Shown: one piece after another, positions 59,308 to 64,000 of the stretch
How the letters are laid out: each line of letters opens with the position of its first letter
Numbering within the stretch: the first letter of the stretch is position 1
Assembly (NCBI GenBank): GCA_965112735.1
Contig: OZ218954.1
Coordinates: forward strand, 1,302,001-1,366,000
Direction: 5' to 3'
From: Phaeosaccion multiseriatum
Taxonomy: Eukaryota > Protista > Ochrophyta, other classes
DNA: 64,000 bases
The notes under the pieces: generated by a model
What the model was told of the DNA's origin: nothing
The model's database searches: none
The model's input: the letters and a program-made list of their open reading frames with translations, nothing else
Translations under genes and position numbers: made by a program

Positions 59308-60573
59308 ACACACGCACACACCCATCCACGCCACGCAAGCGCACATGTTGATGCTGAATGTCTCACCTTGGTACACGAGCGCGGTGAGGACAGTGAAGGG
59401 CAGAGAGGCGACGAACTGGGCGAGGCACACCATTGCAGAGTTGTACGCGCCGTTCAGCATCTCCTACGTGGTGCATGGGCAGGTACATGGGCAGACAGGC
59501 AGGCAGGCAGGCCGGCAGGCAGGCATATGGGCATGGGCATATGGGCCGGCAGGCAGGAAGGCAGGCAGGCAGGCACCCAGGCAAGTAGGCAGGTAGGGAG
59601 GGGTGAAGCGTCTTCACAGCAGAGCTATCGTACATCAGGGTACGTAACGGAACGTGTTGCTCCGTCAGTACACTGCAAGAAAGATGCAGTTGCCAGTGCC
59701 AGAGCTCTACGGTGCCACGAAGTGCCATACACTGCCATACAGTGCCACGAAGTGCCATGCACTGCCATACAGTGCCCCAAAGTGCCATACACTGCCATAC
59801 AGTGCCATCCGTACCTGAAAGTGCTCTCTTCGGTCCGAGGTGAAGATGGGGGTGGCGGCCACCACGGCGAAGAGCACGCACCAGATGTTGAAGAAGACGG
59901 CCCCTGATGGATAAAGATATGTGTACAGATCAATTGAACAGGGGGAGGAGGGTGAGTGAGTGAGTGAGTGAGTGAGTAAGGGTAGATGAGTGACAACACT
60001 TGGCATGAGCGGGGGAGGTGAGACTGGGGGGTCAAGAGAGGGAAAGGGAGAGAGAGTGTGTGTATGTGTGACAGAGAGAGAGAGATGGAGAGACAAAAAA
60101 CAGAGCGAGGGGTGGGGGTGGGTGGGGTGGGGGTGTAAAGCACCTCCTCCTCCTACCTCCCTACTGCTCTACTGAAATGCGAGACATACCTGCGATCTGA
60201 GGGAGCATCTCCGGTGTGCGCTCGAGCTGCAGGAACAGCGTGCCCAGAAAGAGTGCCGTGATGATGAGCTCGAGGAGACGCAGCCAGTACACAGTGGGGG
60301 TCCTGTGAGTGTGTGCGGGTGTGAGGGTGTGAGGGTGTGTGTGGGTGTGAAGGGGAGTGGTGGTGGGTGTGGGTGTGTGTATGGGGGGGGGGGGGGAAGG
60401 GCGGGTACATGGGGCGAAGAGGGGGGGGGGCAAGACAAGGAGAAAACACCCACACATACACACATACATATATATATATATATACATTCTCTCTTCTCCT
60501 GTCTCTCACACGTACACGTGTACACACGCGTACACTCTCTCTCACGCACATAAACCCACACGCGCACACACAC

Positions 60574-60634
<61 letters not shown>

Positions 60635-62660
60635 CACACACACACACGAACCTCATGTGGTACGTGAGCATATGGCCTACGAGCAGAAAGAAGCGCACAC
60701 TTACGCCCACCTGTTGGAGGTAAGGAGGCCATCGAGGGGGGGGGGGAGAGGGAGGGAGGGTGAGAGAGGGAGGGAGGGAGGGAGAGATATATCAGTAGAG
60801 ATCGCGTGAGGAGGAAGAGGAGAGGAAGAGGAGAGGCCCAAAGGCCCGTACAAGACAGCGAATGAGTGCGCGCTGCTGGACAGAGAGAGAGTGGACAGCG
60901 GTCGCCAGCACGGAGAGAAAGATTCTGCCTCTCACACGAGAAGCGCAAATTGAGAGTGAACATATCCCTCATGAAAATCCCTTACGTACGTCCTTACGTA
61001 CGTGCCCCTTATCACGTACCACTTCGTGCTTGCCGACTTGTATCGTGTCACTCCCCTCGGGTATGGACTTGACGAAGGCGCTCTGCAAGTAGAGGTGCTT
61101 CCAAGTTACTTCATCGGAGCTGGCCTTGGCATTTTCCTTGAGGGAAGGACGAGGGAGAGCGAGGGGGAGAGGAAGAGGAAGAGGAAGAGGAAGAGGAAGA
61201 GGAAGAGGGACAGGGAGCGCACCAGTCAGAGGGGAGGGGAAAAGGGTGAATGATACAGGCGGTGGGGCGACGAGCTAGCGACCACGTCCCATCTCCTCCT
61301 CTCCTCCACAGGCTCTGCTCTTCTCTTCTCTTCCTCTCTTCTTCCTTTCCTTTCCCTTCCCTTCCTTTCCCTTCCCCTCCCCCCCCCCGCCTTCTTCTCT
61401 CTCACCTTCCCATCCTCGAGTGCCTGCCGCGCCTTCCCGTCTTGAGGAGGAGGGGCAGATATTAGGTCCATGTACAGGTCCGCCCAGTTGCTGGGGATGG
61501 CAGTAGATGGTGATGGAAGCGGAGGGGGATGTCAGTGGATGGGGAAGGGTCACAGTCAGAGATGGCGGGGATATGTTGACCCTTTGGCGGTTTCAGGCGG
61601 TTTCAGGGAGAGAGGAGACACAGAGGCAAGGCGATGCATATATGAGGGGTACATGGGCACACATATCTGGGGGAGTGCGCGGCACCCTACACCCCATGGC
61701 CTCAACACACCCTCCCCACCGCCCCCAAATCCTATACCCTTACCTCCTTACTCTATGTATGCCCAATACCCATACCCTAGGCCGTATCATACCCTGTACC
61801 CCATGTTCCCCTATATACCCTATACACTACCCATACCCTAAACCCTATTGTACCTCCCTACCCTATACCCTACACCTTTTATCCCATATACCCCATACCT
61901 CATGGGGGGCGGCGCTCCTCCGATGCTGCTCATGAAGAACTCCCTAGCGCTCGTGCGAGGTCCGAAGAACGCAAGATGCCCCTGCTCCAGAAGCCTGGGT
62001 GTCAGGACAGTTGGTGGGTGTAGTATGTCCATTGGTGGGTGTCAGGACAGTTGGTGGGTGTAGTATGTCCATGGGTGGGTGTCAGGACAGTTGGTGGGTG
62101 TAGTATGTCAATGGGTGGGTGTCAGGACAGTTGGTGGGTGTAGTATGTCAATGGGTGGGTGTCAGGACAGTTGGTGGGTGTAGTATGTCCATGGGTGGGT
62201 GTCAGGACAGTTGGTGGGTGTAGTATGTCAATGGGTGGGTGTCAGGACAGTTGGTGGGTGTAGTATGTCCATGGGTGGGTGTCAGGACAGAAAGAGAGGG
62301 CGTCAGGACAGCGAGTGGGTGTCAGAACGTCAGGACAAGGGGATGGGTGGGTATCAGGACCAGTAGTGGATGGGTGGGTGGGTGTCAGGACAGAGGGTGG
62401 GTGGATGTCAGGACAGTGGGGGTTCGGACAATCGGTGGGTGGGTGGGCGCGCGTGTGAGGTCGGTGGGTGGATGGTCGTGGATCCACCCTCCTCTCCCAT
62501 GTACCTTATCGTATGTAATCTTACATGAGATCTTCCATCTGCTCGAAGACCTGCCCGCTCGGTTGGTGAATCGTCATGATGCACACCACAGACTGAGAAG
62601 GGGGAGGAGTATAATGATGGTGATGAATGAAGGGCATGGTGATAATGGTGGTGATGGTAG

Positions 62661-62715
<55 letters not shown>

Positions 62716-64000
62716 AATGATGAGGAGGAGGAGGAGGAGGAGGAGAATGAATGCATACATGGCGAGGTTAGAGGAGGGCGTGCGTCAGTGTGTGAGTGCG
62801 TGAGGGTGTGACTCATTGAGAGCGAGAGAGATAGGAAGAGCGCGGCGACGTCTAGTCGAGAGGTACTCTGTAACCAACTGCACTGCTCCAACCTTACCGA
62901 TTGGCGAACAATCTTGGTAATGTATTTGACGAGCGCGAGGGCGGCGGAAGAGTCCAGGCCTGTGGTGCACTCATCCAGGAACAGCACGACAGGCTGACTT
63001 GCCATGCCCAGTCCTATGGACACACGCTTACGCTCTCCACCGCTCAGATCCCCCACTTGCTCATTGGCCTGCGCCAGAGGGGGAGAGAGGGAGGGAAGGA
63101 GGAGAGAGAAGAAGGCAGTCAGTCAATCAGTCAAGCCTGTCTGTCAGTGCGTCAGTGAGTCAGTGACAGCTCCACCCAGCTCTGCGCGGCTCTTCCCTCC
63201 CCCCTCCCCACCCCTCCCTCTCCCTTCCCTCTCCCACTCCTCTCCCACCCCTCTCCCACCCCTCTCCCGCGGCCTTACCTTCCAGCTGAGCCCCAGGGTG
63301 CCGATGAGCTCGCTCACGTGCCTTGCCCTGTGCTGAGGCTTCATGTGAGGAACTTTCATGCTTGACATGTACAAGAGAGACTCGCGCACTGTCATGAACA
63401 GGTTCTGAGGACATGCGTTAGGGGGTGTGGCCATACGTTAGGGGGGTTAACCGTACGTAAGACCGTACGTAAGGGGGAACAATTCTAGCCTGGGGGGTAA
63501 CCCTCGCTTCCTCATATGCCCTCCCCCCCCCCTTTCCCTCTCTCTCTCCCCTCTCTGTCAGCGCTTGCGTATCATCAAGGGCGTCGAATTGGGGCACATT
63601 GCCAATGGACTCCATGGGCCTTTTGGGCCAATTGGGCCTATTATTATCAACAGGTGATGACATCAAAAATACTGAGGCCAATACACTTGAAACTCAAACT
63701 AGTGGTGGTACTCACAAGGTCGTCGAACTGGGGCACATAGTAAATGTCCTCGGGCTCCATCGGCCTATCCCCGAGGGTGATGCTTCCTTCGAGCTGTGCG
63801 TACACCGCCCGACCCGACAGGGCATTTAGCAGCCTACGGGTGGGTGGGTGGGTGCGTGCGTGCGTGTGTGGGTGAGGTGCGCGGGCGCATGTGGGTGGGT
63901 GCGTGTGGGGTGAGTGTGTGGGTGTGTGGGTGGGTGTGTGGGTGGGTGTGTGGGTGTGTGTGTGGGTGGGTGTGTGGGTTTGAGGTAGACGTGGGTGCGT
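56671..64000 (-). CDS. ABCG (White-like) transporter, NBD-TMD portion; 5' part beyond window end
   Basis: LLNALSGR..YVPQFDDL (63833-63716), [30 protein letters not shown], then TMD exons (YWLRL..FLGTLF, EMLNGAY, PGFF..WLSY..YAL). Confidence 0.9.
59711..59808. repeat. Intronic 30-bp minisatellite built from 10-bp TGCCATACA(C/G) subunits
   Basis: About 3 copies. Confidence 0.85.
61997..62290. repeat. Intronic 40-bp minisatellite GGGTGTCAGGACAGTTGGTGGGTGTAGTATGTCMATGGGT
   Basis: About 7 near-perfect copies, decaying out to ~62440. Confidence 0.9.

Noticed and set aside
61997-62290. Regular 40-bp repeats resembling a CRISPR array (also 54400-54830)
   Set aside because: No unique spacers, they lie in eukaryotic introns, and there are no cas genes; these are plain minisatellites.

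Overview
Eukaryotic nuclear DNA: gene-dense, intron-rich and GC-rich, with introns packed with microsatellites. It is probably from a photosynthetic stramenopile (eustigmatophyte-like). That is an inference from signal-peptide+Phe presequences, WRKY19-like Zn-finger repeats and (GGGA)n-type introns. About 12 protein genes, mostly spliced, can be read: SERCA-type Ca2+-ATPase (-, 3' end off the left edge), TMEM185-RING protein, TBL/PC-esterase-like protein, Tudor-like/RanBP2-ZnF protein, full-size ABCG with a Cys-rich ectodomain, RluA-family pseudouridine synthase, WRKY19-like Zn-finger protein, KH-KH-RING-SAM-RING protein, VPS24, KIX-TAZ protein, NCA2-family protein, and a second ABCG (-, 5' end off the right edge). 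CDS coordinates are hand-spliced gene spans that include introns. Signals the genes do not explain: (1) a dispersed 13-18 bp motif (C)TGTATCACCAACT(GCTG), with 9 exact and 7 one-mismatch copies in introns and exons, on both strands and in three reading registers; (2) two different MITEs that share TCGGC...GCCGA ends and 6-bp target duplications; (3) an element with a perfect 41-bp inverted repeat carrying an OTU-protease-like fragment; (4) near-identical NBD tracts inside one ABCG gene; (5) a SERCA with a plastid-type presequence that only appears after splicing. No database searches were run.
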